Shown here: positions 1-9,456 of the stretch, piece after piece
Layout of the letters: every line of letters begins with the position of its first letter
Numbering within the stretch: the stretch's first letter is position 1
Source: Acidimicrobiia bacterium
GTDB taxonomy: Bacteria; Actinomycetota; Acidimicrobiia; Spongiisociales; CAZKJJ01
Reading direction: 5' to 3'
Assembly (NCBI GenBank): GCA_046759765.1
Contig: JBHICV010000011.1
Span: 1 to 32,211, forward strand
Length of the DNA stretch: 32,211 bases
Notes under the pieces: generated by a model
What the model was told of the DNA's origin: nothing
The model's database searches: none
Seen by the model: only the letters and a program-made list of their open reading frames with translations
Translations under genes and position numbers: made by a program

Positions 1-412
1 CTCCGCGTTCGCCACCAAGTGGTCCGGATAGCGGAGGCGGTCCCGATGTTCATCGAACTCGTCCCGATCGAGCACCTCCACCGTCCCGTCCTGGAAGAGC
101 ACAACGTCCAAGTCGAGGTCGATCATCTCCGCCCGCTTGTCTCCCAGCCAGCAGGCCGGCGTGATGATGTCCACGTAGAGGGGCATCTCGGCGTTCTGGT
201 CGCCGTTGTAGATCAGGCTCCACCACTTCTCATGCGGTATGAGCTGAACGAACGGCTCTTCCCACTCCATGGCCGGCTCCTCTCCCCGCTGCACGACCGC
301 TCCCGCGGCTGCTCCGAGCCAGACTCCGAAGGAATCCTTCCCGAGCCGGACCATCTCATGGCGCCAGTGGGGGGTGTCGGGATACTTGAGATACTGAAAC
401 CGTGACCTGCAT
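1..412 (-). CDS. DUF402-like protein (putative nucleoside phosphate phosphatase), 3' end outside window, apparent 1-nt frameshift near 397-399
   Basis: Manual translation of the minus frame running off position 1: QYLKYPDTPHWRHEMVRLGKDSFGVWLG...WWSLIYNG...LYVDIITPA...MIDLDLDVVLFQDGTVEVLDRDEFDEHR. The YVDI and DLDLDV..LD.DEF motifs are typical of DUF402. The ATG at 412 is one base out of frame with the body. Confidence 0.75.
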
Positions 413-455
413 CGACGGCGCAATGTACACCCACCGACTATGGGGGCCTCAGGCA

Positions 456-517
456 CTGATAGCTGAATGCTGATAGCTGACGGCTGATTCTGAAAGCTGA
501 CAGCTGAAAGCTGACAG
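456..517. repeat. Heptamer tandem repeat, 9 units of CTGAnnG (CTGATAG, CTGAATG, CTGATAG, CTGACGG, CTGATT, CTGAAAG, CTGACAG, CTGAAAG, CTGACAG)
   Basis: Read directly from the sequence; abuts the korB stop codon at 518-520. Confidence 0.9.
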
Positions 518-1525
518 CTACTCAACTTCCCAGGTCCCGAGCGACCGGATCAGCTTGTCCAGCTCGCCGACGCCCCGTTGCTCCTGAACATCGAGGATCT
601 GCTGTTGGAGCATCTCGCCGTAGATCGGCCGGGTTATGTCTCGGAAGACCCCGATGGGGGTGGGTCCGACCGGTGTATGGGAGAGCCGACTGAGCGCAAA
701 AGCGACGCTCGGGTCGGGGTCCTTCTCGTCGTGGATCAGGATCCTTCCTTCGTCGACGCTGTCCGTCATGGCGAACTTCGCTACCCCGTCTTCGATGACT
801 ACCGCGTATTCGTCGTCGGGCCCGAAGGTGACGGCCTTGCCGTGCTCGAGATAGATGCGGTTCTGCTCCCGCTCTTCTGTGCCGGTCAGCGCAAAGAAGG
901 CCTTGTCGTTGAAGACGTTGCAGTTCTGATAGATCTCGATGAAGGCGGCGCCCTTGTGCTCGTATGCCCGCCGAAGCATCTCCGTCGTGTGGTTCCGGTC
1001 CATGTCGATGGTACGAGCGACGAAGCTCGCTTCGGCTCCCAGCGCCAGGCTCACGGGATTGAAGGGGAAGTCGATCGAACCCCAAGGACTCGACTTGGTC
1101 TTCTTGCCCACCTCGCTGGTCGGGGAGTACTGGCCTTTGGTCAGGCCGTAGATCTGGTTGTTGAACAGCAGGATGTTGATGTTGATGTTCCGCCGGAGGG
1201 CGTGGATGAGATGGTTACCTCCGATGGACAGCCCGTCTCCGTCCCCCGTCACCACCCATACCGAGAGATCAGGACGGGACGTGGCGATCCCAGTAGCGAT
1301 CGCCGGGGCGCGGCCGTGGATGCCGTGCATCCCGTAGGTCTCCATGTAATAGGGGAACCGGGCGGCACATCCGATGCCCGAAACGAAGACGATCCGCTCT
1401 CGTTCGAGTCCCATCTCGGCCATGAAGTTCTGGACAGAGGCGAGGATCGTGTAGTCGCCGCAGCCCGGGCACCAGCGGACCTCCTGGTCGGTTTGTAGAT
1501 CGGCGCGGTCGAGCGAGACGGTCAT
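518..1525 (-). CDS. korB: 2-oxoacid:ferredoxin oxidoreductase beta subunit (TPP-binding)
   Basis: WCPGCGD, SGIGC, HGRAPA, TGDGD, NNQIYGLTKGQYSPT motifs; 4-nt overlap with the alpha subunit gene. Confidence 0.93.
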   Translation of the reverse strand: MTVSLDRADLQTDQEVRWCPGCGDYTILASVQNFMAEMGLERERIVFVSGIGCAARFPYYMETYGMHGIHGRAPAIATGIATSRPDLSVWVVTGDGDGLSIGGNHLIHALRRNININILLFNNQIYGLTKGQYSPTSEVGKKTKSSPWGSIDFPFNPVSLALGAEASFVARTIDMDRNHTTEMLRRAYEHKGAAFIEIYQNCNVFNDKAFFALTGTEEREQNRIYLEHGKAVTFGPDDEYAVVIEDGVAKFAMTDSVDEGRILIHDEKDPDPSVAFALSRLSHTPVGPTPIGVFRDITRPIYGEMLQQQILDVQEQRGVGELDKLIRSLGTWEVE

Positions 1526-3393
1526 GTCGTCAGTATCTCCAGCAGCTTGGCCTCTATCTCGGAGGCGTAGAAGGGGACACCTTTGACCTTGTTCAAGCCT
1601 TCCGCCGGTACCAGATACTCTGCTCGGAGGAGCTTGGATAGCTGACCCGAGTTCATCTCAGGGACGAGCACATGCTCGTAGGACGTCACGACCTCACCGA
1701 GGTTGCGGGGGAAGGGATTTAGATAACGAAGATGTGCGACTGCCACTGGGTAGCCCTCGTCGCGCACGCGCCGGACGGCGGCCTGAACTGACCCGTACGT
1801 GCCGCCCCAACCAAGAACCAACAGTTGTGCGCCGTCGTCGGCGTCGACTTCGAGCAGCGGGATGTCGGCGGCTATGCCGGCCACTTTGCGGGCCCGAAGG
1901 TCGGTCATGAGCTGGTGGTTCTCGGGGTCGTAGGACACGTCGCCGGTGATGTTCTCCTTCTCTAGCCCGCCCACCCGGTGCTCCAAGCCGGGAGTGCCCG
2001 GCACGGCCCACTCCCGGGCGAGGCTCTCGGGATCTCTGAGGTAAGGCATGAAGGTCCCGTCCTGGTTGGGCTTGCCCGCAAAGGGCACCGAGATGTCGGG
2101 CAGGTCATCCAGATCAGGAAGCCTCCACGGCTCGGATCCCGTTCCGATGTAGGCGTCCGACATGAGGATGACCGGCGTCATGTACTTGACCGCGATGCGG
2201 GCTGCCTCGATCGTCGTCTCGAATGCGTCCGCCGGCGAAGCGATGGCCACGATGGGGATCGTGCCCTCCCCGTGTCGACCGTGTAGAGCGAAGAGGAGGT
2301 CGGACTGCTCGGGCTTGGTGGGCATGCCGGTCGACGGGCCCGCTCGCTGTACATCGATAATGAGCATCGGCAGCTCCATCGTCGATGCCAGGGAGATGGT
2401 CTCCCCCTTGAGCGAGAGACCCGGACCGCTCGTGCCTGTTACTCCCAGCTGGCCGGCGAATGCCGCGCCGAGTGCACACCCGACGGCGGCGATCTCATCT
2501 TCGGCTTGGAAGGTCCGCACGCCAAAGTTGCGGAACCGGGCAAGTCCTTCGAGCAAGTCCGAGGCCGGCGTTATCGGATAGGAGGCGTAGAAGAGAGGCA
2601 GCTTGGCGCATTGGGCGGCGGCAACCAGCCCCCAGGCGAGGGCGGCGTTGCCAGTGACATTGGTGTATGTCCCTGAGGGCAACTCCGCCGGCCGGACCTG
2701 CACCGTGTGGTGGAACGCCTCGGTGGTGATGGCGTAGTTGTATCCGGCGCGGAAGGCCGCCAGGTTGGCGTCGCGAACCTCGGGGGAGTCGGCGAACTTC
2801 TTCTCGATCCAACTGATCGTCGGCTCGGTCGGGCGGTTCAACACCCAGGCGAGAAGGCCGAGCGCCAGGAAGTTCTTGGAGCGCAGAACACCACGACCGG
2901 TCAGTCCCGTACCCTCCACTGCCTCCTTGGTGAGCTTCTCCATCGGAACCTCGATCGTTCGATACTTCTCGACGGTTCCGTCCTCTAAGGGGTTTGTCTC
3001 GTACCCGGCCTTCTGGAGGTTGCGCTCGTTGAAGGCCTCGCTGTTGAGGATCAATACGCCTCCGTCGACGAGCTCGTCGACGTTGTCCTTCAAGGCGGCC
3101 GGGTTCATCGCAACGAGCACGTCGGGAGCGTCGCCCGGGGTGAGAATGTCGTAGTCGGCGATGTGAACCTGGAACGAGGAGACACCCGCCAGAGTCCCCT
3201 GCGGTGCTCTGATCTCCGCGGGAAAGTTCGGGTACGTGGCGAGGTCATTGCCGAAGATGGCCGATGCATCCGTGAAGCGGTGGCCGGCCAGCTGCATGCC
3301 ATCACCCGAGTCGCCCGCGAAGCGGACGACCAGTCGATCGCGGTACTCGATTTCTTCGGGCTTTGTGTCGAGGCTGAGGCCTTCGTCGGCCAT
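1522..3393 (-). CDS. korA: 2-oxoacid:ferredoxin oxidoreductase alpha subunit (fused gamma-alpha)
   Basis: FAGDSGDGMQL, YPITPAS, QAEDEIAA, GTSGPG, QRAGPSTGMPTK. Start moved from 3666 to the ATG at 3393 (MADEGL, GGGGG SD-like upstream) to avoid overlapping the amidase. Confidence 0.92.
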   Translation of the reverse strand: MADEGLSLDTKPEEIEYRDRLVVRFAGDSGDGMQLAGHRFTDASAIFGNDLATYPNFPAEIRAPQGTLAGVSSFQVHIADYDILTPGDAPDVLVAMNPAALKDNVDELVDGGVLILNSEAFNERNLQKAGYETNPLEDGTVEKYRTIEVPMEKLTKEAVEGTGLTGRGVLRSKNFLALGLLAWVLNRPTEPTISWIEKKFADSPEVRDANLAAFRAGYNYAITTEAFHHTVQVRPAELPSGTYTNVTGNAALAWGLVAAAQCAKLPLFYASYPITPASDLLEGLARFRNFGVRTFQAEDEIAAVGCALGAAFAGQLGVTGTSGPGLSLKGETISLASTMELPMLIIDVQRAGPSTGMPTKPEQSDLLFALHGRHGEGTIPIVAIASPADAFETTIEAARIAVKYMTPVILMSDAYIGTGSEPWRLPDLDDLPDISVPFAGKPNQDGTFMPYLRDPESLAREWAVPGTPGLEHRVGGLEKENITGDVSYDPENHQLMTDLRARKVAGIAADIPLLEVDADDGAQLLVLGWGGTYGSVQAAVRRVRDEGYPVAVAHLRYLNPFPRNLGEVVTSYEHVLVPEMNSGQLSKLLRAEYLVPAEGLNKVKGVPFYASEIEAKLLEILTT

Positions 3394-3437
3394 GTGTCCC
3401 CCGCTGCGAGTCAGTGTTATCGAGTGCTGAGCCTTAA

Positions 3438-4868
3438 CTAATTCAGTGTATCCGTTTGCCGTGTTGTCGAGGCCACTCCTTTTGATAACGGAGGAGCGCG
3501 AAATCCCGCCATGCCGGCTTGCTCGAGTGCAGCTCCTATCTCGAGTAGTTGGTGCTCGGACCACCACGGGCCAATGAGCTGCAGGGAGGGGGGCGGAGCT
3601 CCTTCTGCTCGAAGCGGCAACGCCAGCGCGGGTGCGCCCATCTGGTTGACCATGTAGGAAAACCATGACAGCACGATTCGATAGTGCACCTGCTCTCCAT
3701 CGACACCCATCGTGTCCTCTCCGATCACCTTCGGGAGCGCGGGAACAGTCGGTGTGATCAGCAGGTCGACGCGATCGAAGATGCGTCTCGTGGTGTTACG
3801 GAGACGAGCCCGCCAGGCTTGCGCAGCCACGTATTCGTCCGCGGTCACTTCCAAGGACCGAGCCACTCGCTCTCCGACCTCGGGGCCGTACTGCCGATCA
3901 GGGTCCTCGAACCAGGCGCGATGCACCGCGGCCACCTCTCCGGAGAGGAGCTCGAGCGCCATGCCCGGGGGAGTGAGGTCGGGCTCCTCGACGGTTTCGA
4001 TGCCCATGCCGAGATCTTCGAGATCCGCGCACGCTTTATCGAACGAGCTGATTATTGAGCGCGAGCTCGGGGCTTCATCGAGCCAGGGCTGCGGGATGCC
4101 GGCCTTCAGTCCCTCAATGCTCAGTCGGTCGAGCATCGGAGGTTCGACGGGCACCGAAGCGGACCATGGATCTGCGGCGTCGTAACCGGCCATCGCCATG
4201 TAGAGGAGGGCAGCGTCATCGGTGGACCTCGCCAAAGGCCCAACCGTGTCGAGAGATGCGGCCAGTGGGAAGACTCCCGCCAGCGGCACGCGTCCGTGGG
4301 TGACTTTGAGTCCAAAGAGCCCGCACAGCGCCGCCGGCACTCGGATGGATCCGCCTGTGTCGGTTCCGAGCGCCGCCGCGGCCAGCCCGGCGGCTGTCGC
4401 GGAAGCGGATCCCCCGGATGATCCCCCCGGCGAGGTCTTGACATCCCAGGGGTTGCGGACGGGGCCGAACCAGTCGTTCTCGGACGAGAAGCCGTAGGCA
4501 AACTCGTGGAGGCCCGTCTTGCCGACCAGAACTGCGCCCGCTTGTTCCAGTCGGCTCACGGCGGTGGCCGACCGGGTGGCTTCGTGCCGGTAGAAGGCCG
4601 ACCCGGCTGTGGTGACATGCCCTTCGTGGTCGCACAGGTCCTTCAAGGCGACAACTCCCCCGGCCAGCGGCCCAGGATCAGTCCCTCCCTCGATGTCCTG
4701 GTCGATCCGGGCCGCGGCCGTGCGCGCTCCCTCGGAATAGACCTCGATGTAGGCATTGAGCTCTTCATGAGCCGCGATTCGCGTGAGGTAGGCCTCAGCC
4801 AGCTTCAGCGCTGAGATCTCTCCTGCCCGTACGGCGCTGGCTTCGGCGGCCAAGCCCTTTAGCTCCAT
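3438..4868 (-). CDS. Amidase signature family protein (GatA/AtzE-like)
   Basis: ALKD, GKTGLHEFAYG, PGGSSGGS, GTDTGGSIRVPA (Ser-cisSer-Lys triad). Start placed at the ATG 4868, overlapping the upstream stop. Confidence 0.88.
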   Translation of the reverse strand: MELKGLAAEASAVRAGEISALKLAEAYLTRIAAHEELNAYIEVYSEGARTAAARIDQDIEGGTDPGPLAGGVVALKDLCDHEGHVTTAGSAFYRHEATRSATAVSRLEQAGAVLVGKTGLHEFAYGFSSENDWFGPVRNPWDVKTSPGGSSGGSASATAAGLAAAALGTDTGGSIRVPAALCGLFGLKVTHGRVPLAGVFPLAASLDTVGPLARSTDDAALLYMAMAGYDAADPWSASVPVEPPMLDRLSIEGLKAGIPQPWLDEAPSSRSIISSFDKACADLEDLGMGIETVEEPDLTPPGMALELLSGEVAAVHRAWFEDPDRQYGPEVGERVARSLEVTADEYVAAQAWRARLRNTTRRIFDRVDLLITPTVPALPKVIGEDTMGVDGEQVHYRIVLSWFSYMVNQMGAPALALPLRAEGAPPPSLQLIGPWWSEHQLLEIGAALEQAGMAGFRAPPLSKGVASTTRQTDTLN

Positions 4869-5929
4869 TCGATCGGCCGGTCGTCCGGAAACACCGTGAT
4901 CCAAAGTCTGCCTGGGGGAACCAGAAGGGGGCTCCCGTCAGATCCGGTCAGGGTGAACGTCTCTTCGATCGAGGATCGAGCCCAGGTTCCCTCTGTGCTG
5001 CGTCCTCCCGAGAAAACGAGCGCCCTTCCCTCTCCTACCGTTTCGATAGCGGGGACGGGCGTCCCTCGACCGGAGGGTCGTGCCGTGTAGCGGTCGCCCA
5101 TGATCACCACCACGGTGCCGGCAGCTAGTTGTTCTTCCGTTTCGAAGTCAGAGGTCACCCAGGTATGCGGCTCCCTGTTAATAGTCCGCACGTATTGGGT
5201 GCCGGTCCAAACCCAAACAATCTTGTGCCCTGCGGACCAATCGAAGGTGACGAAACGGGCGAGGGGAGCATCACCAGGGAGATCGCCCCAGACGAAAATG
5301 GGATGTGGCGCCTGGTCGGGGAAACCGCTCGAGTCGGCTGCTTCGCGCACCAGCTCGCTGTCCGCGTAGAGATTGTGCGGCTTGTTTCGCTCTTCGATTC
5401 GGAAAGAGGCGGGGCGAACATCCTCGAGCACGTAGATCTCGGCTTCGCGGTACAACCCTCTTATCCACGGCTGCATGCCGCTAACGAAGAACGTGGCACC
5501 GAGTGGCTTCACCAAACCGATGTCCGTTGGCCGAGCTGACCGCATGGGTCCTACGAAGTCGCTGTCCGCGGTGTGGAAGAGGCCGATGAAGCGTGTGATG
5601 CCGCCCTCGACCAGAATTTCGTATACCGTCTCCGCCTGCTCGATCCCCGATTGAGGGCGCGCCTTGATATGGTTGTCGATCTTGATGGCGATGACCCTTC
5701 GGTCGAGTTCCGCCGGGTCGAGGACGGTCATCCCGTTTACAGGCGAGGCAGCTCCAGGCGCCTCCGTAGTGGGCGGCGAGGTGGTCGTCGCCGGCACGGT
5801 CGTGGTAGTGGTCGAGGTCGTGGTGGTAGTCGTGGCCATCGTCGTGGTCGGCGCAACAGTTGTCTCGGCGACGGCGCCCGAGCAGGCCGCGACGACAACA
5901 AGACCAAAGAAGAGGGATCGGCGGAGCAC
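4859..5929 (-). CDS. DUF3048/YerB-like lipoprotein with Thr-rich linker
   Basis: Signal peptide with lipobox-like VVAAC, Thr-rich linker, IKIDN..ARPQSGI, VEGGITRF, GPMRSAR, PHNLY motifs. Confidence 0.82.
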   Translation of the reverse strand: MLRRSLFFGLVVVAACSGAVAETTVAPTTTMATTTTTTSTTTTTVPATTTSPPTTEAPGAASPVNGMTVLDPAELDRRVIAIKIDNHIKARPQSGIEQAETVYEILVEGGITRFIGLFHTADSDFVGPMRSARPTDIGLVKPLGATFFVSGMQPWIRGLYREAEIYVLEDVRPASFRIEERNKPHNLYADSELVREAADSSGFPDQAPHPIFVWGDLPGDAPLARFVTFDWSAGHKIVWVWTGTQYVRTINREPHTWVTSDFETEEQLAAGTVVVIMGDRYTARPSGRGTPVPAIETVGEGRALVFSGGRSTEGTWARSSIEETFTLTGSDGSPLLVPPGRLWITVFPDDRPIEWS

Positions 5930-5958
5930 GCCTTCGCATTTTACCTGGCCTGGGGATA

Positions 5959-6339
5959 TCAGCCGGCGAGTCGCTCTCGGGCTAGCTCCGTTTCGTCCAC
6001 CGCTACAGCAAATTCCAAACCGGTGGAGTTTGTGCGGAGAAGGTAGACCGCGTCGATGTTCACTCCCGCGTCGGCCAGCTCGCGGGCCATCTTGGCGAGG
6101 CTTCCGGGCCGGTCCTCCAGGACTGTGGTGAGAACTTCCCGCTCAGTGGCCCGCAGACCGGCCTCGCGCAATGCTCGCCGTGCGATCTCCGCGTCGTCGA
6201 CGATCAGCCGTACGATCCCCTCCTCGTCGAAGCCGAAGGCCGCCAGAGCTTCGATGTTGACGTTGGCATCCGCCAGGGTCTGGGCCAGCGAGGCCAGCAT
6301 GCCCGGCCGATTGGCGAGGCGGACCGAAAACTCTTTCAC
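5959..6339 (-). CDS. Tandem ACT-domain protein
   Basis: Two ACT repeats: LANRPGMLASLAQTLADANVNIEA and LEDRPGSLAKMARELADAGVNIDA. Confidence 0.88.
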   Translation of the reverse strand: MKEFSVRLANRPGMLASLAQTLADANVNIEALAAFGFDEEGIVRLIVDDAEIARRALREAGLRATEREVLTTVLEDRPGSLAKMARELADAGVNIDAVYLLRTNSTGLEFAVAVDETELARERLAG

Positions 6340-6364
6340 ACCGCAAAGACTAGGCCTTCGGACC

Positions 6365-8323
6365 TCAGTCTTCCTCGCCTGCGCCCGCCTTCGACATCTC
6401 CGCGATCTCGGCCACCACGTCAGCGTTAGCGAGTGTCGTCACATCACCCAGCTGCCGCTGTTCGGAGATGTCCCGCAGCAGCCTGCGCATGATCTTTCCT
6501 GAGCGCGTCTTGGGCAGGTCCTCGGTAAACACGATGCTCTTCGGTCGAGCGATAGGCCCGATCTTCTGAGCGACATGCTCCCGCAATTCGGAGATGAGAG
6601 CTTCGTCTCCGTGTTCGCCGGCGCGCAGAGTCACAAACGCAGCTATCGCCTGGCCGGTGATCTCATCTGTTCGGCCCACCACTGCCGACTCAGCCACTGA
6701 AGCATGGTCGACGAGCGCGGACTCCACTTCCGTGGTCGAGATGTTGTGACCCGAAACCAGCATGATGTCGTCAACTCGTCCCAGCAGCCAGAAGTAGCCG
6801 TCGGTATCGCGCTTGCAGCCGTCTCCGGCGAAGTAGCGGCCGCCGAAGCGGGACCAGTAGGTGTCGACGTAGCGGTCGGGATCGCCGTAGATCGTTCGCA
6901 GCATGGCGGGCCAGGGACGGGTGAGAACCAGATAGCCGCCCCCGCCCGCCGGCACCGACTCGCCGGCGTCGTCGACGACGTCAGCGAAGGTGCCGGGGAA
7001 AGGAAAAGTGGCTGACCCGGGCTTCGTCGTGATGACCCCCGGTAGCGGAGTGATCATGATCATCCCCGTCTCTGTCTGCCACCACGTATCGACGATCGGA
7101 CAGCTTCCCGTGCCGATGTGAGTGTGGTACCAGATCCACGCTTCCGGATTGATCGGCTCGCCCACGGTGCCGAGGAGGCGAAGCGACGAGAGGTCGTGGG
7201 AGTCGGGATAGGCGTCGCCCCACTTCATGAAGGCCCGAATCGCGGTGGGCGCGGTGTAGAAGATCGTTACTCCCAGGTCCTCGATGATCGACCAGAGGCG
7301 GTCCTTGTCGGGGAAGTCGGGTGTGCCTTCATACATCACTCCAGTGGCACCGTTGGCCAGGGGGCCATACACGATGTATGAGTGTCCGGTTACCCAGCCG
7401 ATATCAGCCGCGCACCAGTAGACGTCGTCCTCTTTGACGTCGAAGACGTAGCTGTGCGTCGTCATCACACCGACGAGGTAACCGGCCTGGGTGTGGACGA
7501 TGCCCTTCGGCTTGCCGGTAGTTCCGGAGGTGTAGAGGATGTACAGCAGGTCCTCGGCTCCCAGAACCTCGGGTTCGCACTTCGTGCTTTGGCCCTCTAC
7601 GAGGTCGTGGTACCAGTGGTCGCGCCCGTCCGTCCAGCCGACGTCGTTCTCGCACCTGCGGACCACGATGGTGTGCTCGATCGACGGACAGCGTGAGACG
7701 GCCTCGTCCGTGCTCTGCTTTAGGGGTACGACCTCGCCCCGCCGCCAGCCACCGTCCTGGGTTATCACGACCTTGGCCTCGGCATCATTGATCCGGTCCG
7801 CGAGCGAGTCGGCCGAGAAGCCACCGAAGACCACGGAGTGGGGCGCACCGATCCGGGCGCAGGCGAGCATCGCGACCGGCAGCTCCGGGATCATGCCCAT
7901 GTAGATGGCCACGCGATCGCCCTTGGTTACCCCGAGAGCCTTCAGTGCGTTGGCGAATCGACCTACCTCGTCATGAAGCTGCCGATAAGTGAGATCGCGT
8001 CGATCTCCGGGCTCGCCGATCCAGTGATAGGCGATCTTGTCGCCCTGTGAGGAGAGGTGCCGGTCCAAGCAGTTGAAGGCGAGGTTTAGCTCGCCGTCGG
8101 AGAACCATTCGTAGAAGGGAGGGTTGGAGTCGTCGAGAGTCGTCGTCGGCTCCTTGAACCAGGTAACGCGATCCAGCGCCTGCTTCCGCCAGAAGGCCAG
8201 ATAGTCGTCGGCTGCTTCCTCGTGTACGCCGGGCTGGGCGTTGGCTTGAGCGGTGAACTCCTCGGTCGGAGGGAACGTGCGTTCCTCCTGGAGGAGATTC
8301 TCGAGCGCCTGGCGTTGGGTCAA
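6365..8323 (-). CDS. acs: Acetate--CoA ligase (acetyl-CoA synthetase)
   Basis: [55 protein letters not shown] start with GGGAG SD. Confidence 0.95.
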   Translation of the reverse strand: MTQRQALENLLQEERTFPPTEEFTAQANAQPGVHEEAADDYLAFWRKQALDRVTWFKEPTTTLDDSNPPFYEWFSDGELNLAFNCLDRHLSSQGDKIAYHWIGEPGDRRDLTYRQLHDEVGRFANALKALGVTKGDRVAIYMGMIPELPVAMLACARIGAPHSVVFGGFSADSLADRINDAEAKVVITQDGGWRRGEVVPLKQSTDEAVSRCPSIEHTIVVRRCENDVGWTDGRDHWYHDLVEGQSTKCEPEVLGAEDLLYILYTSGTTGKPKGIVHTQAGYLVGVMTTHSYVFDVKEDDVYWCAADIGWVTGHSYIVYGPLANGATGVMYEGTPDFPDKDRLWSIIEDLGVTIFYTAPTAIRAFMKWGDAYPDSHDLSSLRLLGTVGEPINPEAWIWYHTHIGTGSCPIVDTWWQTETGMIMITPLPGVITTKPGSATFPFPGTFADVVDDAGESVPAGGGGYLVLTRPWPAMLRTIYGDPDRYVDTYWSRFGGRYFAGDGCKRDTDGYFWLLGRVDDIMLVSGHNISTTEVESALVDHASVAESAVVGRTDEITGQAIAAFVTLRAGEHGDEALISELREHVAQKIGPIARPKSIVFTEDLPKTRSGKIMRRLLRDISEQRQLGDVTTLANADVVAEIAEMSKAGAGEED

Positions 8324-8379
8324 GGTCGGCTCCCTTCTGGGTCGCCCCAGTATCGCGAAACCAAACCAGGCGTGTGCCC

Positions 8380-8862
8380 TTAGGCGTTGGCTCGGCTCAG
8401 CGGCCAGTAGCGGCCGAGTACGAAGTCCAGCCGGTTGAGCGGGACCGCCCCCACGTAACGGCTGTCGTCTTGGGAGCAGCGGCGGTCATCCCCGAGCACA
8501 AAAACGGCATCTCGGGGCACGTCCCATTCGCCATCCGGACCCTCATGATCGTGAGCCCACGGCTCGACCAGAGGCATGCCGTCAATCAGCACCAGCCCCT
8601 CCCGGATCGTGACCTGCTCGCCGGGTAGACCTACGACCCGCTTGGTGAGAAAGAACTCGGGCCGCATCGGGTGCTCGTATATGACCTGTGCGCCCCGACG
8701 CAGCGCTCCCTTCCGCAGCGTGAGAACGTAGTCTCCGGGACGGAGCGAGGGAGCCATCGAGGTCTCGGCGATCTCGAAGCGACGGACCGGTCCGTAGCGA
8801 CGAAGGAGACCCCCAGCAATGGCCGTCAAGACGCCGATGGTGAGGATCCTCCGCAGATTCAC
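8380..8862 (-). CDS. sodX: S26-family peptidase, probable NiSOD maturation protease
   Basis: Ser/Lys dyad motifs SMAPSL and TKRVVG, VLGD..S..DSR, N-terminal hydrophobic stretch, divergent from sodN. Start moved to the GTG at 8862. Confidence 0.75.
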   Translation of the reverse strand: MNLRRILTIGVLTAIAGGLLRRYGPVRRFEIAETSMAPSLRPGDYVLTLRKGALRRGAQVIYEHPMRPEFFLTKRVVGLPGEQVTIREGLVLIDGMPLVEPWAHDHEGPDGEWDVPRDAVFVLGDDRRCSQDDSRYVGAVPLNRLDFVLGRYWPLSRANA

Positions 8863-8910
8863 GGTCCGGAGGGCGAGTGTATCGTCGGGTGCGAGAGAGG
8901 GAGGTAATCC

Positions 8911-9330
8911 ATGGGATTCTGGAAGCCAAGCCGAGTGGCGCACGCACATTGCGATCTCTTCTGCGGCGTCTACGACCCGGCCCAAGCCCGAATCGAGGCC
9001 CAGTCGGTCCTAAATGCCGCCACTAAGTACCACGAGTCGGACGACCCCGTCTTCCGGGACCGCGCCGTGGCAATCAAGGAGTCGCAGGCCGACCTCGTCA
9101 AGCACCACCTATCGGTGCTGTGGACGGATTTCTTCAAGCCCCACCACCTCGAAGCCAACCCCGGGCTGCATGATCTGTTCTGGCGAGCCATCAAGCAGGC
9201 AGGGGACGCCAAGAAGTCGATGGACCCGGCGGTCTCCCAGGAGCTGATCGACCTGATCGAAGAGATCGCCCGGGTCTTCTGGAGCACCGAGGAGTCCAAA
9301 GCGGCGGGGGTGTATCCACCGGCGGCCTGA
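8911..9330 (+). CDS. sodN: Nickel superoxide dismutase precursor (12-aa propeptide)
   Basis: AHA-HCDLFCGVYDPAQARIEA hook, IKE, VKHHLSVLWTDFFKP, C-terminal FW; GGAGG SD. Confidence 0.92.
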   Translation: MGFWKPSRVAHAHCDLFCGVYDPAQARIEAQSVLNAATKYHESDDPVFRDRAVAIKESQADLVKHHLSVLWTDFFKPHHLEANPGLHDLFWRAIKQAGDAKKSMDPAVSQELIDLIEEIARVFWSTEESKAAGVYPPAA

Positions 9331-9339
9331 TCTGCCTGT

Positions 9340-9448
9340 GTTTTGGTGACGCTAACTCACCTATACCGTGAACTCGCGTCACCAAAACCTGGTCGGTCGG
9401 TTTTGGTGACGTTTACCCACCTATAGGGTGCATTGCCGTCACCAAAGC
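9340..9448. repeat. Doublet of 49-bp palindromic REP-like units (9340-9388, 9400-9448), 60-bp period
   Basis: GTTTTGGTGACG-N25-CGTCACCAAA(A/G)C twice, each with an inner CAC-N7-GTG; lies between convergent genes and may also act in termination. Confidence 0.9.
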
Positions 9449-9456
9449 CAAAGGAC

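Noticed and set aside
578..1498. Long antisense ORFs (e.g. 578-1498, 22331-23392, 26597-27400, 27416-28150)
   Set aside because: These are shadow ORFs expected opposite real genes in high-GC DNA, with no recognisable motifs.
3394..3666. 91-aa N-terminal extension of korA
   Set aside because: It overlaps the amidase 3' end and has no family-like sequence; there is a better start with an SD-like motif at 3393.
3438..4868. Calling the amidase gatA
   Set aside because: No gatB or gatC is adjacent; only the general amidase signature is supported.
5760..5865. GTC/GTG-rich triplet repeat tract
   Set aside because: It encodes the Thr-rich linker of the lipoprotein and is ordinary low-complexity coding sequence.
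8863..8985. sodX ORF extension overlapping the sodN start
   Set aside because: It would overlap sodN head-to-head; the GTG at 8862 gives a typical short N-terminus followed by the hydrophobic segment.
9340..9448. Possible mini-CRISPR array (also 23952-24060)
   Set aside because: Only two units per locus, 11-bp linkers are far too short for spacers, the units at 9340-9448 differ internally, and no cas genes are in the window.
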